NCBI GenBank assembly: GCA_964016885.1
Contig: OZ024755.1
Span: 3,100,001-3,164,000 of the forward strand
DNA: 64,000 nt
Source: Eledone cirrhosa
Taxonomy: Eukaryota
Reading direction: 5' to 3'
Numbering within the stretch: the stretch's first letter is position 1; the number at the start of each line of letters is the position of its first letter. Below the pieces are notes generated by a model. It was given only the letters and a program-made list of their open reading frames with translations. It was not told where the DNA came from and ran no database searches. A program made the translations under genes and the position numbers. Of this stretch, positions 46,743 to 61,338 are shown one piece after another.

Positions 46743-47228
46743 GAATGTATGTATGTATGTATATATATATATATATATATATGGTTTAAATTACATATAT
46801 GTTTCTGTTTGTGCGCATAAAAATTGCCTCAACTGCTAAACATTTAAGATTTTAGCAGCTGCAACTCTCGGCCGATCTTTATAAGATCTTTATTGATATT
46901 ATATATTTATGTCTTATATATACATACGATATATTTATGTGCTATATACTTATATACTATATATTTTTGTGTTATATATTTATCTACTATATATTTATAT
47001 ACTATATATTTATCTACTATATATTTATATACTATATAATTATATACTAGGTATTTTTATACTATATATTTATATACTATATATTTATATACTATATAAT
47101 TATATACTATATTTTTGGTATATATGTGAACTGAAATATCACTGACGCTTTCAATTTGATATTATGTGGTGTAATAAATGTCTTGTTGGTGAAGTTTGCT
47201 TACAATAACATATGTATGGGGTGGAGGC

Positions 47229-47261
<33 letters not shown>

Positions 47262-47419
47262 GTGTGTATATATATATATATATGTGCGTGTGTGTGTGTG
47301 TGTCACTATATAAAGTACAAATATATACACACATGCATTCCCATTCACAGATATAGGCAATTGTGGATACAAAGACACACCAAAGCACGCTTCCACATAG
47401 ACACATACACACATATATA

Positions 47420-47470
<51 letters not shown>

Positions 47471-47623
47471 GTGTGTGTGTATATATGTGTGTGTGTATAT
47501 ATATATATATGTGTGTGAGTGTGTGTATATATATATATATATGTGTGTGTGTATATATATATATATATATGTGTGTGTATATATATATATGTGTGTGTGT
47601 GTGTGTATATATATATGTGTTGG

Positions 47624-47656
<33 letters not shown>

Positions 47657-48168
47657 ACAATAAAAATATAATACTACTCGTAAAGAAAACATTGTATTTT
47701 AGATTGTTTGCACGCATGCGCAGTTATACATACACATGCATTTATTGATCCAGGAGTACACATATATTCACACATTTGAAAGTATATCCACACACGCACA
47801 CATACATATACACACACACACATACACACATACATATACACACACACACATACATACATACATACATTCATACACACACACATACACACACACATACATA
47901 CACACATACATACACACACATACATACACACACATACATACACACACATACATACACACACATACATACACACACATACATACATACACATACATACATA
48001 CACATACATACATACACACACACACATAAACACACACACACATAAACAGACACAGACACAGACACACACACATACACACATACATACATACATACATACC
48101 CTCGTGCATGCAACCTTCTATCTATCCATGTATATATTTCATCCATGTGGCCACCATCAAACATTCCT

Positions 48169-48390
48169 AACGAAGTCTCACCACAAATCACGATCTTCTA
48201 TTTCTCCTAGCAACTGTTCCCTACTGAGGTTTGTTCTATCATCTGAGAGTTGATCGACGATGGTTCGATCTGGTCTACCTCTACTGTATCTCCCATGGGT
48301 TCCCACAATAGTAGCTTACTTCTCCTGCAATATCTTGCAAATCTTAACTGTCTTTGAGCGATTGCTGTTGTTATCTTGAGCAAGTTTCTC
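48169..48390 (-). pseudogene. RTE-clade LINE ORF C-terminal remnant
   Basis: With one frameshift: NLLKITTAIAQRQLRFARYCRRSKLLLWEP/HGRYSRGRPDRTIVDQLSDDRTNLSREQLLGEIEDRDLW*, matching the RTE RRLRFAGH...LWEP.HG.R.RGRP...DR..W pattern. Confidence 0.85.
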
Positions 48391-48655
48391 TATAAACTAT
48401 CATTTGTAAAACCTCGATGCCAGTTAAAGTATTTTGTGTATGTATATAATGTATTCTTTCATTAATATATTCATAGTCACATACAACCTCACATTCACAT
48501 ACACAAACAGTCACACACACACATACACAAACAGTCACACACACACACACACACACAATCCCACAATCAGACAGTCCCACAACCAACTTTATAGATTAGC
48601 TGTCCACACCCTAGTCCTATCCAAACGACACCCCACCACCACTACCACCCTGTCA

Positions 48656-48848
48656 GGGCAGTGGATTGGCAGTTTTGGTAGAGGGTCGAACGCCATGCTT
48701 TCTAGCATAGAATTACGGCCCTTTCCATTCTGAGTTCAAATCCCGCCGGGGTCAACTTTGCCTTTCATCCTTACGGGGTCGATAAAATATAAGTACCAGT
48801 AATGTACTGGGTAATTGCTGGCCTTGTGCTAAATGTAGAAACAATTAA
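48656..48848 (+). mobile_element. Group A SINE, full length
   Basis: Head, B-box, core and tail all present. Confidence 0.92.
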
Positions 48849-48877
48849 TATATATATATATATATGTGTGTGTGTGT

Positions 48878-49093
48878 AAAAGGTAAACAGAAATAACAAC
48901 ACAATCGATACAGTATATGGAAGGGATATATTAGGCTAACGCTTGATATAGCAGGAAGAGGGTCTTAACGTTTCGGACGCTCGTCTTTCATCAGAAGAAA
49001 GAATGAGAAATAAGATAGATTGAGGGGACGGGCGGGTTGGAATTGCAAAAAAATGTCTTTAGATAAAAATAACAGGTCCAGTCATGTTGACAT
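48878..49093 (-). mobile_element. Penelope-like pLTR fragment with hammerhead-like motif at 48963-48998
   Basis: Minus strand UCUU-CUGAUGA-AA-GAC-GAGC-GUC-C-GAAAC-GUU-AAGA; sister of 28704-28914. Confidence 0.72.
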
Positions 49094-50432
49094 CTCTTGC
49101 AAATGTGATTAACTTCCTGCTGACTTCTCCAGCAGTGTCCTTCAAATTGTAACCGACTTTGAGCAGTTGTGGTTGTTATATTGACAAAGGAGAACGAACA
49201 GAAACCCACTAACTGTTGTATGTGATACAGATTTTGCTGGTAATATAGCTGTTGTTCTTCTTCTTCTTTTTCTTTTCTTTTTCTTTTTCTTTTTCTTCTT
49301 CTTCTTCTTCTTCTTCTTGTGTATGTCAGCATAGCTACCCATCGTTTCTTTTTGATTCTTGAAAGAAAGAAAAAAATTAAATTTAAAAAAAAATCACAGA
49401 AAGAAAATGAAATGAGGCAAACATTATTTTTCTATATAACCCTTTGTAATAAACCAACTGCAACAACAACAACGTTGTTTTGAACAGTGATAATGTAGTG
49501 GTTGTTAGGGTAGAGGGAAGAGGAGAAGACAGGGTGGCCGAGCATTGTGATGTGTTGTTGGTAAGGTATAAAAAGTTAGGTAAAATTAAGGGCCATTTGA
49601 GAATAACTGGGGTAAGGGAACATGGATGGATGAAAGATGATATTTTGCCGCCCAAGCGGATGGTACTGTTTATTCAGGAGGCGACAGCTGACACAGAAAT
49701 ATGTATTTCAAAATAATAGTATTTATTTTTCTTTGTTTAGTTATATTGTACTGTTTAGTTTTTATTCAACATATTCATCATTATATTTATTTACTTACTG
49801 GCGGAATATCCGGAGTTACCCGGGATCAAAAGTAGCTACAGCCCCGTATTGTTCTTACATGAGGCAAATAGTGTTTAATAGAACATCATTGGTTTATTCG
49901 TAGAAGTTAGTGCGTATACGTGTATGTATGAGCACGTGTGTGTATATGGTAAATATATATATATATATATGTATATACATGTTGATAATTTTGATTTTGA
50001 ATTTGAATTGCTATACAGAAATAATATAGTATAATATATGTCGCTCCACTGTACATCAAGATATACATATGTATCCGTATGTCTCTTGCGTTGGAAAGGA
50101 GGTCAATTATGTGTACAAACATTGAAAAATGCTCCGAAGTCTCCAGGACTAGGTTTGGATGAAACAATTGTAAGTGAATAAATGCTTTGAACATAGCTTT
50201 GATTCTTGTGAATTCTATATGTATATACATGTAAATTTATTGTACACAATGAAAAAAAATTACTTAATACTAAAAATATTAGTTTTATTTTAAAAAAAGA
50301 AAAGACAAGGGTTTGCAGTAATAGTCATAAATATCAAATTACTTTTTGTACTAACCGGTTTTGCTATAAGTGACATTTCAACGTTTCATTTTAATTTCTA
50401 CTGGTGTTGAATATATTTTACATGAGCTGGGC

Positions 50433-50537
50433 ATGTATGTGAATTTCGTATATCTAAAGATATTCGCTGTGTATATTTCAAAATGTTTATTTATTAAACA
50501 TACCGTATATCTTTAGTTATACGAAATTCACATACAT
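50433..50537. repeat. Inverted repeat, 31-bp arms
   Basis: ATGTATGTGAATTTCGTATATCTAAAGATAT versus ATATCTTTAGTTATACGAAATTCACATACAT, one mismatch. Confidence 0.88.
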
Positions 50538-50902
50538 ATGTATGTATATGTATGCAGCTGTTAGAAGTTACAAGATTAAACATACGTATCTATCCTTATC
50601 TATCTAACACTCTATCTAGCCATCGACCTTTCTATCGATCTACATATCCCTCCATCTATCTATCTACCTGCCTGTATGTCTGTCTGTTTGTCTATCTATC
50701 TATCTATCGATTTATCTATCTATCTTTCTAACTTTATATCTATCTATCTATCTATCTATCGATTTATCTATCCATCTTTCTAACTTTATATCTATCTATC
50801 TGTCTGTCTGTCTGTCTGTCTATCCATCTACCGATCTCTCTCTCTCTCTCTCTCTCTCCACCTATCTCTCTATCGATCTACCCACCAACAATATACGTGC
50901 TC

Positions 50903-50954
<52 letters not shown>

Positions 50955-51333
50955 TCTACATCGCATTGACACTCACTCACACACACACACTCAAACTCAC
51001 ACAAACACTTACACTCACACACACATTTATCTGCCATTATTTACTAAAGAGCGCCATTAAACTGCCAACACCTGCTGGAGACAGGGAAATGTTCTAACAA
51101 CGTTATTTATCATCAACTGTCTTTCTGTCAACTCAACCGTGACGTGGTTTTCCTCAATTAAGATTTAAAACAGTCTCGCAGTAAATTGAAGTTCTTTAGC
51201 AGACATGAGTTTCATCTGTAAATCCTGGAAACACGGCTTTTTATTGCTTTGTTAGTTTTTTGGTTGGGTTTTATATATTAAAAGAGCTTCCAAGAATTTC
51301 GTAGAGATTCCAAACTTGTTTGTAATGCTGTAG

Positions 51334-51363
51334 TATAAATATATATATATATATATTTATATA

Positions 51364-51394
<31 letters not shown>

Positions 51395-51397
51395 TTA

Positions 51398-51442
<45 letters not shown>

Positions 51443-51659
51443 TTATTTATTTATTTATATATATATATATATTTATTTATATATATATATATATTTATAT
51501 ATATATTTATATATATATTTATTTATTTATATATATATTTATTTATTTATATATATATTTATTTATTTATATATTTATATATATATTTATTTATTTATAT
51601 ATATATATATATATTTATTTATTTATTTATATATATATATATATTAATTTATTTATAAT
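51334..51659. repeat. Pure A/T (TA)n/(TATT)n tract
   Basis: No G or C for ~325 bp. Confidence 0.96.
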
Positions 51660-51878
51660 GTGTGTACATGCATTTATATTTGTGTGTGTATATATATATA
51701 TAATGAACATGTATTTATAAATGTGTGTATATATATGTGTGTGTGTGTACATGTATTTATGTGTATATTATGTTTGTGTGTGTACATGTATTTATGTGTG
51801 TATATTATGTGTGTGTGTACATGTATTTATGTGTGTATATTATGTGTTTGTGTGTACATGTATTTGTGTGCATATTGT

Positions 51879-51926
<48 letters not shown>

Positions 51927-52852
51927 ATGTATTTATATGTGCATATTATGTGTGTGTGCAAACATCAAAGGGGAGATAGACGCAGATAAATAAATAAAAT
52001 TTTTAATTTTCGTCAAAATAAACCTTTTCCATTTTAATGTTGCCGTAGAAAGGAAGAAAGTCTCGTGAGCCGCCATATAATAAAATATTTTATGTATCCT
52101 TCATGTGACAGATTTAATTAAAGGGGAAATACTCTGGCTGATGAGTCAACGGAACACGTGAAACAAGCAGGTTATAATTAATAGATCACATTGAAACTAG
52201 TGTTTATTTATTTATAGATTGATTTTTCCATATCTGATGCATATTTTATTGATCTCTTCTTTTATCGAACTACAAATGTACGTTATATAAACACAGACAC
52301 TCACGTGTGTGTGTGTGTGTGTGTGTCTATGTTTCTTTGTGTGTGTGAGTGCATGTCTTCCTATGGTTGTGTGTATGTGCGTGCGTGTGTGTGTGTGCAT
52401 GTTGGTGTGTACGTATGTGTGTGTGCATGTTGGTGTACATGTGCGTGTGCTTATTTGCATGTTTGTATCCATGTGCGTATATGTGTACATCGTGTGCGTG
52501 CGTGTGTGCGTACGGTCATCCAAAATGATTCCAATTATACTAGAACGTTACACTATATACAAGCTATTAATGGTGAGTTTTGTAGTAGTTCCTTCTCGAA
52601 GGACTGAGTTAAGGATGATATGTGAAGCATTCCTCCACCCTGGCTCTCGGAAGACATAAGGAGACCATAGCATGCTATGTGAAACATTTCTCCAGCTGGT
52701 CATGGGAAGACATATGGAGACCAGGTAAAATTTAGAGTAGGGTACATAAAGCTTTTAATGTAAGAACGAAAGAAGGGGTGGGTTCAATGCGTGACCAATC
52801 AACAGGGTAGCATGAACTCGTTTCGTTCTTCAAACTCCACCCATATTGCCCA

Positions 52853-52997
52853 AGGGGAAGGCAAATGGCCGATACAGCTTGGCACCAGTGACGTCTCAGC
52901 TCATTTCTACAGCTGAGTAAACTGGAGCAACATGAAATAAAGTGTCTTGCTCATGATTGCAAACCCAACGCTCTAACCACTAAGCCAGGCACCTTCA
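52853..52997 (-). mobile_element. CORE-like tRNA-headed SINE, internally deleted
   Basis: Minus strand TGGCTTAGTGGTTAG head and GAGCAAGACACTTTATTTCATGTTGCTCCAGTTTACTCAGC, as at 33138-33176 and 61945-61982. Confidence 0.8.
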
Positions 52998-53228
52998 ATA
53001 AGTTTTATGTAACAGATACTTTATCATATTTGTGATCTACATTCTGAATCTATTTAGTCTTAACAGCAATGATTATACATCATTAGATTAGCTATGGTGT
53101 GCAGGATTTATAGTTTAACGATTCTGAGGTATTCATTTATTCGTTTCGGTAATTCAGGAAAGCCAAGTTTATTTTTTACATAACCCATTAATCTTGTATA
53201 ATTGTGATCGTCTGACATTACGATGTCA

Positions 53229-53292
<64 letters not shown>

Positions 53293-53916
53293 TGGTGCTA
53301 CTGGTAACATGTATCCCAGTACAACCTGTCTCATGGTCGGGTCGTTGGCGACTAAACTGGCAACCCCACCAAGGTTTCTTGGTGAGGAGGGTGACTTTGG
53401 ACATCCTGCAGGACTAAAAACAAAACCTGTCAAAGGGCAAAGGAGCTCTTAAGAGTCAATGGCCATCCAAAATCACCGGGAGAGATGACCCCTTTAGCCT
53501 TAGTCAAGGCAGAATTCTAGGAGAAGGAAAACTCTGATATAACACCTGCAACCCTGATGGTATCCAATGATGTTGACTTGTTCTTCTTTTTGGTAAATAG
53601 CATCTTGGTTAAGAGAGTGGGACTGGCTTTGTGCAGTGCCTTTGCTCACTATAAAAGCTTCACGGCACAGGCATTGCTTTATATCTGGAGATCTCTCTGC
53701 ACTTGTCCTCACATGGGCCCAGCACTATGTGTCAATAATTGTCCTACCATGGGCCTAGCACTATGTGTCAATGATTGTCACAGGTGTAGTGTTTGTACCA
53801 GAGGTTTCAAGTCGCTGGCTGGACTAAAAAGTCACACTCGTTCAGCGCTTCGGTAGGGGTTATCCTACATGGATGTAAAGTAGTGGCCGTACTCGAAAAC
53901 GAGTTGGCAGCCACCA
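53293..53916 (+). mobile_element. Non-autonomous RTE-derived retroelement, copy 2
   Basis: Near-identical to copy 1, with a ~36-bp internal duplication at ~53712-53780 and the last His of the finger changed to Leu. Confidence 0.8.
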
Positions 53917-54092
53917 TATATATATATATATATATATATATTTGTCATATGGTATATGATACGTGACAACACAAGTGTTTATTTATATATGCAATACAAT
54001 ATGTGTGATACCACCACCACCACCACCACCAACTCGAATCCGTGGGACAAGTTTTAATATGTTAAGGCCAGTTTTCATTATGTATTACCATA

Positions 54093-54305
54093 CTCCCAAA
54101 TACCCCCCTATAATGCCATACTACCCAATATCTGCCTATACACTGCCTTTAATACCTTATTCCCCAATATCCCTCTATACACCGCCTATAATTTCCTGGT
54201 CCCTATGTCTCCCTATACACCATCTATAATTTTCGGGTCCCAATATCTCTCTATAAACAGCCTATAATGCCCTGGTCCCAATATCCCCTATACACAGCCT
54301 ATAAC
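54093..54305. repeat. Diverged ~38-bp minisatellite, 5-6 copies
   Basis: CCCAATATC...CTATACAC.GCCTATAAT units near 54124, 54163, 54201, 54239 and 54277. Confidence 0.85.
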
Positions 54306-55503
54306 CTTATAGTCTCCTTATTGCTGGTCTGATTGTGTCTTTGTGTCTACATTAATGACTCCCTAGTGTTTTTCTAACGTTCCTTTCATATATATTTCTA
54401 ACCTTTCTTTCTAATTTTCTCTCACTCTCTCTCCTCCTCTCTCTCCCCATCTCTCTCTCTCCCCATCTCTCTCTCTCCCCATCTCTCTCTCCCCCCCCCT
54501 CTTCCATCCCCCTCCCCCTCTATTCCCCCTCCCCCTCTCTCTTTCTCCCCCTCTCTACCCCCCCCCCCCTCTCTCGAATCATTACGAAACAGTTTAATTT
54601 GTGATTCTTTCTTTGTTTAGATTTTTCGGCTGTTTTATTTTTATTATATTTTTTTTTATTTTTGAACATTTTTATTTTGGTTAAAGTCCCAGGGCTTTTT
54701 GTAAACTGGGTGGAAAAGGGGTATTTTGCCAGGTAATTAATATAACCGGGGGAGAGGGGGAGGGAGAGACAGATAGAGACAGAGGGGGGGGAGGAGAAAC
54801 AGAGACAGAGAGGGAGGGATAGAGAGAGACAGAGAGGGGGAAGGAGAGACAGAGAGGGAGAGAGGGATAGAGAGAGAGAGAGTTCACAGGCCCCGCTATG
54901 CATCCTATGGGAACACACTTCATTAACTTATTCTTGCTTTGAGCATTCCCCAAGTCACACACACAAATATATATATATATATACATACACACACACACAG
55001 ACGCATAAAAGCAAAGACATACACGCACATATATACACGCAAATATACATAGTTATATACATACACACATAAAGCAAGGACACACACACATTTTTCTCAT
55101 TTTGACTCAGCTACTGCGCATCACATTTCTGTCACTTCACTTTCAGTTGAAGCGCATTGCTTCTTTAAGGAGGTAGATGTGTTTATGTCTACGAAACTGC
55201 TGGTAATGCATAAATATGTCAAGTCGTTAATATTCTTAAGATTATTTTGTCTTTATTCCTGTAATTCGCCGAAAGGCACAACTTGTCTTGTATCTCCGTT
55301 TTGTTGCATCCCAATGTACACAGGAATTAGCAGTATAAACCTTAAAACACCAAAACTATGGGAATTTCAAAGGTTGGCTGATGAGAAGGGATTGTACGTT
55401 TTACCGATGATTTTACTGTAGTCTTTGTCTTGTGCGCTCACCTTATCCTTTTATTTCAAGCGTTAAACTAACATATTCCTTCATGTCGTTTACCTTATTT
55501 CTC

Positions 55504-55570
55504 AGAGTGGGATTGGTCAAGTGCAAGGCCTTTCCCCACTTAAAAAGCCTTCAAAACACAGGCATTGCTT
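55504..55570 (+). mobile_element. Older RTE leader fragment
   Basis: AGAGTGGGATTGG...GTGCA.GCCTTT...CACAGGCATTGCTT aligns with 37484-37548. Confidence 0.55.
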
Positions 55571-55728
55571 GTTCAGGATCTGTTACAGGTTCGTGTGGCT
55601 GGCCGTAGCCTAAAAGTGCACCAAACTCTATAATCTGACAAGGGATTGCTATACTCTTAGTTTGCAGCCATTATATATATATGTGTATATATATATATAT
55701 ATATGTGTATGTATGGTATATGTATGTA

Positions 55729-55771
<43 letters not shown>

Positions 55772-55797
55772 ATGTATGGTATATGTATGTATGTATA

Positions 55798-55847
<50 letters not shown>

Positions 55848-56417
55848 AGTATGGTATATGTACGTATGGTATATGTAAATACATAAACATATATATACAC
55901 ACGTATATATATATGTGTATATGAGTTGAACAGGGAATTAGAACGTGGCGCCACGTAGATGAAAATATTTATTTATTTTGTGTGTTTTTTGTGTATTTAT
56001 TTTTTCCAGGTGTTGAGTCATATTGCACCTCATCCAGTCCCCCTCCCCCCAGTGCACTCCGTAACCTCCCAGTACCCCAACATCCCACATCCCAGTACCC
56101 CAGCATCCCACATCACCATGCTCAGTTTTATCCTTTTTACTCCATTCTCATTATCTCATCAATGTTCCCCGTGGGGTGCTCTGATATAAAATGTCTACCC
56201 TTGATGTTAACTGGCTTATCATACACGCACACATACACACGCACACGTACACACATAAACACACGCACATACGCATATATATATGCACACGCGCACACAC
56301 ACACACATACATATGCATGCATACCCACATACACACACATATACACACACACCTCACTATCTATCCGTCATTGAATTATCATTAACACTGTCTTTGTCCG
56401 CCTTCACTCACTCTCTT

Positions 56418-56454
<37 letters not shown>

Positions 56455-56554
56455 TTCCATCTCTTTAGATATATATATATATATATATACACATACACAT
56501 ATATATATATAGATAGATAGATATAGATACACATATATAGATACATATATGTGC

Positions 56555-56595
<41 letters not shown>

Positions 56596-56887
56596 CAGAC
56601 ACACACAAACAAATGTATGTATATATATATATATATATAAGCTCAGGGGTCGTTAAGTACATAGATAATAATAATAATGACAAATACAATCATCTATATT
56701 TGAGTGAAGTGTTTAAATTTTACTTAAAATAATCTGTTGTTCTGTCTCCTCATTTTGTCTGACACTCTCATCCTCTCTCTCTATCTATCTACCTATCTCT
56801 CTCTCTCTCTCAAATAAAAGGCACATGAACATACATAATGTGTGCACAGTGAAAATATTTACACCGAATGGATAGGGACAAAAGGAA

Positions 56888-56918
56888 CTGGCGTTTCGGG
56901 TTCAAACCTTCATCAAAG
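56888..56918 (-). ncRNA. Decayed hammerhead-like motif
   Basis: Minus strand UUGAUGA-A-GG-UUUGAA-CC-C-GAAAC-GCC; two core positions altered. Confidence 0.4.
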
Positions 56919-57000
56919 AAAAAAAAAGTGTAAGGAAGAAATAAGAAGTGTTAGAACGATATAAAGTTAAAGAACAGATGGCTACATTCTCTTTATTTTA

Positions 57001-57033
<33 letters not shown>

Positions 57034-57420
57034 AGTAGTGAAGGATGTTGATAATTTTCGGCGTCGTGGTGATAATGAAAAAAAGGTTGGCGGCGGGAAA
57101 ATGAGAAGTAAGATTGTGAATGAAGAAAACCAGTTGTGTGGAGAGGTTTAGCAATAAAGAAGCAGACTGCGGATTAAACCATGTTAAATGGGAGCTTTTG
57201 TTGACAACCGTCTTGCAGACATTTTTAACTTTTTATATACTTAGGTAGGAGGGTTGATGTGTTGTTAAATACATACATATGTATATACACATATGTCTAT
57301 ACATACAAATATATATGTATATGTACACACATATATACATATATATATACATATGTTCATATATATATATACACGAATGAAACAGTTCTAGGCCTGTAGA
57401 ACCCATTTCTATATTAAATA

Positions 57421-57601
57421 ATTGTTTCTACTTTAAGCACAAGGCCAGCAATTACCCAGTGCATTACTGGTACTTTATTTTATCGACCCCGTAAGGATGA
57501 AAGGCAAAGTCAACCTCGGCGAGATTTGATCATAAAGGGACGTAACTATGCTTCAAAGCATGGCGTCCGACCCTCTACCGATACTGCCAATACACCACCC
57601 T
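57421..57601 (-). mobile_element. Group A SINE
   Basis: Reverse complement of 59199-59390. Confidence 0.9.
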
Positions 57602-57800
57602 GATGATGTTTACACTCTACTAATGTATTGAGTACACCTTTTAACTGTGGTTGCCTCCGATTTCACTCGGGATCTACATTATGTATATATATTCACTTAT
57701 TATGGCACTCACAGGATCATCAGACAAGATATCTATATATATCATATATAGATATATATATACGTATATATATATGTATGTATATATGTATGTGTATATA

Positions 57801-58260
57801 TGTCAAAAGGCAAAGGAGCTCTTAAGAGTCAATGGCCATCCAAAATCACCGGGAGAGATGACCCCTTCGCCTTTGTCAAGGTAGAATTCTAGGAGAAGGA
57901 AAACTCTGATATAACACCTGCTACCCTGATGGTATCCAATGATGTTGACTTGTTCTTCTTTTTGGTAAATATCATCTTGGTTAAGAGAGTGGGACTGGCT
58001 TTGTGCAGTGCCTTTGCTCACTATAAAAGCTTCACGGCACAGGCATTGCATTATATCTGGAGATCTCTCTGCCCTTGTCATCACATGGTAACATGGGCCC
58101 AGCACTATGTGTCAATAATTGTCACAAGTGTAGTGTTTGTACCAGAGTTTTCAAATCGCTGGCTGGACTAAAAAGTCACACTCGTTCAGCGCATCGGTAG
58201 GAGTTCTCCAACATGGATATAAAGTAGTGGCCGTACTCGAAAACGAGTTGGCAGCCACCA
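57801..58260 (+). mobile_element. Non-autonomous RTE-derived retroelement, copy 3, 5'-truncated
   Basis: Matches 37299-37757 with an intact C2H2 finger and the same 3' end GGCAGCCACCA. Confidence 0.8.
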
Positions 58261-58746
58261 TGTGTATATATGTATATATATATATGTATACGTATGCATG
58301 TGTGTCTATGTGTACATATCTACTTCTCTTCGTTATTCCAGCTCCAACACGTCATCCCCATCTTAGCATCTAAGAGCCATGAAATCCTACTAACTAACTT
58401 ATTAAATAGCTGCCGATTCTATCGAGTGATGGCGGTGTTGTGGACGGTGTGAGTGGTATGGTGGCGGTGGTGGCTGTTGAATCGATGTACTTCCTGTTGC
58501 AGTACACTTCCTGTTCTGTCTTCAAAGGATCATTATGTTGAAGCTTTGGTGATACAGCACACAGCGTTTCAGACTTGCAATACACCACTCCATTCATATA
58601 TATGCCACATGCAAACACATGCACATGCAATAAAATACAAAAACATATTAGATATCAGTACTATGCTTTATACATATATGCATAGTTAAATACTTGCATA
58701 CACACACGCACATATACATACATATATATGTGTGTGTGTGTGTGTG

Positions 58747-58792
<46 letters not shown>

Positions 58793-59198
58793 CACATGTG
58801 TGTGTAAAGACGACACATATAGACACAGGAGCAAACAGTTAAACGTAAGGGATTAAGACTGCGTAAACAAAAAGCGAAGAATGAAGTCACGTGGTTGATA
58901 TATATATATATATATATATAATATATATATACATACATACACAATATACACAACAATATGTGTAGAATGAAAATAATGTGTATAATGGAAATATTTACGC
59001 CAGATAGAAGGGATCTGATGTTTCGAGTAAGGGAAAGGATAAGTCGGTTTAATATCAATTCTATATCTGACTGTCTATCTATAGGTATCTATTTATGTAT
59101 ATTTACCAATGTATCTATCTTCGGACAAGAAAAAGAATGGCAACAACAAAGCCCACATCCCAATAACATCATCATCATCATTATAATTAGCCTATAAA

Positions 59199-59383
59199 GG
59201 GCGGTGGATTGGCAGTATCGGTAGAGGGTCGGACGCCATGCTTTCCAGCATAGTTACGTCCCTTTACGATCTGAGTTCAAATCCCGCCGAGGTTGACTTT
59301 GCCTTTCATCCTTATGGGGTCGATAAAATAAAGTACCAGTAATGCACTGGGTAATTGCTGGCCTTGTGCCTAAAGTAGAAACG
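59199..59383 (+). mobile_element. Group A SINE with 14-bp target-site duplication
   Basis: ATTATAATTAGCCT at 59180-59193 and 59384-59397. Confidence 0.92.
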
Positions 59384-59830
59384 ATTATAATTAGCCTCAT
59401 TGTCATTATCATCATTATGCCCACAACAATCATCATCAATAACACAAGCATCATCAACACCATAACAATCTTTTTCATTATCATCATCATCAACATCATC
59501 ATCAAAGCTACCGAATGTCTCAGTTGCCTCCACGGCTTTGAATTCTGTTATAGTCTTCCTGTTCTCGTCGTTGTTGCTGTTGTTGCGGTACTTTATGTTG
59601 TAGCTGTTGTTGTTGTTTTGTACTTTGTTGTTGTTGTTGTTGTTGTTTTGTACTTTGTTGTTGTTGTTGTTTGCCCACCCATAAAGGTGAAACTGTTTGT
59701 CGGTTCTTCCGACAAAAACCCACTGCGAGAAATCTTTCAGCCGTATCAACTTCGTCTTTCATATGTATGTCTGTATGAGCATGTGTAAATTTATGTATGT
59801 CTCTGTGTTAGTATGTGTGTGTGTCTGTGC

Positions 59831-59891
<61 letters not shown>

Positions 59892-59922
59892 TACTCACAT
59901 ATATGTCTGTGAAAGAGAGACA

Positions 59923-59967
<45 letters not shown>

Positions 59968-60254
59968 CAGATAGGGTGTGGTAAAAGCCAGCTAGACCAT
60001 AACCCACCAGAGTACTCGATACTTGGAGTAATAGAGTGGATAATATGAAAAGATTCAGGACCCCGACGGCTGAGCTCAGCTCGGGGCTGTGCGCGCCGCT
60101 CTTTCTTTGTCTCCTCCTCTCTCTCTCTCTGTAAACTTTGAACCTACGTAGGTATTGACCGCAGTCATAGTTCAATTAAATTAATAGTACCAATGGTAAA
60201 GTCATTTTAAAGTAATATTTTATAATTATGTCATTATTAAGATCAACATACGTA

Positions 60255-60358
60255 AGCCACTCAAGATGTTGTCGTTTCTAGAAACATCTTCTATGGTATG
60301 TGGTTTGTCTGGTATTTCTTGCAGAAATCTGTCCAAATATCGTCTGAAGATTAAGGCA
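60255..60358 (-). pseudogene. CR1-type LINE ORF2 C-terminal remnant
   Basis: FRRYLDRFLQEIPDKP...NDNIL matches the FK..LD.FL..IPD.P terminal motif. Confidence 0.7.
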
Positions 60359-60448
60359 TTTTTTTTTTTCTTCGTATATTTATGTCGGAATAATGTTAGT
60401 GAAACATATATAATACAGAGTATAAAGATTAACCACATAATAAATATA

Positions 60449-60870
60449 GGGGGCGAATTGGTTAAGTCGTTAGAACGTTGGGTAGAATGCTTACGATATT
60501 CGTTCTGGTTCTCAGCTCTCTGAGTTGAAATTCTGCCGAGGTCAACTTCACCTTTCATCCTTTCGAGGTCGACCAAAAAAGGTACCAGTCTAGTACTGAG
60601 GTCGATTCTCTCTCTCTCTCTCTCTCAGTCTAAATCCCGCCGAGGTCAACTTCACCTTTCATCCTTTCGAGGTCGACCAAAAAAGGTACCAGTCTAGTAC
60701 TGAGGTCGATTCTCTCTCTCTTTCTCTGTCTAAATCCCGCCGAGGTCAACTTCACCTTTCATCCTTTCGGGGTCGATCAAAAAAGGTACCAGTCTAGTGC
60801 TGAGGTCGATCTTTCCTCTATATCTCTCTCTCACTCTCTTTCTATATTTCTCTAGAAGAAATCTGCTGCA
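60449..60870 (+). mobile_element. Group A SINE variant with triplicated ~100-bp core
   Basis: GCCGAGGTCAACTTCACCTTTCATCCTTTCG...GGTACCAGTCTAGT at 60535, 60639 and 60739. Confidence 0.88.
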
Positions 60871-61152
60871 GTCAGTCGGGCCTGGGGCTACAAAACAACG
60901 CGAGGAATGAATTAACTAATGGAAAAGAATGATAATTGAGAAACAGTAAATAGAAAGAACGAAGCATAATCAGAGAACTCTATCGACTTCAGAGAGATCT
61001 TGTACACTGCCAAAGAACGCGTTACCAGAATAATAGAATCTTAGCGACATCAGATACAGCACATACTGAAATTACGGGATATCAGCAGAATAACTGGCTT
61101 AACAATATATGGTGGGTGTGAGGAAGTTGATTATACCTAACCCGTATATTGT

Positions 61153-61338
61153 ACAAGGCCAGCAATTTTGTGGGAGGAGAAAGTCGATTAGATCGACCCC
61201 AGTGCGTGACTGGTACTTTATTTTATCGACCCCGTAACGATGAAAGGCAAAGTTAACCTCGGCGGGATTTGAACTCAGATCATAAAGGGCCGACCGTAGG
61301 CGTCCGACCTTCTACCGATACTGCCAATCCATCGTCCT
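61153..61338 (-). mobile_element. Group A SINE
   Basis: Reverse complement of tail, core and head. Confidence 0.88.

Noticed and set aside
52138-52170. CTGATGAG...GAAAC as a hammerhead
   Set aside because: No helix II, helix III or NUH site can be formed.
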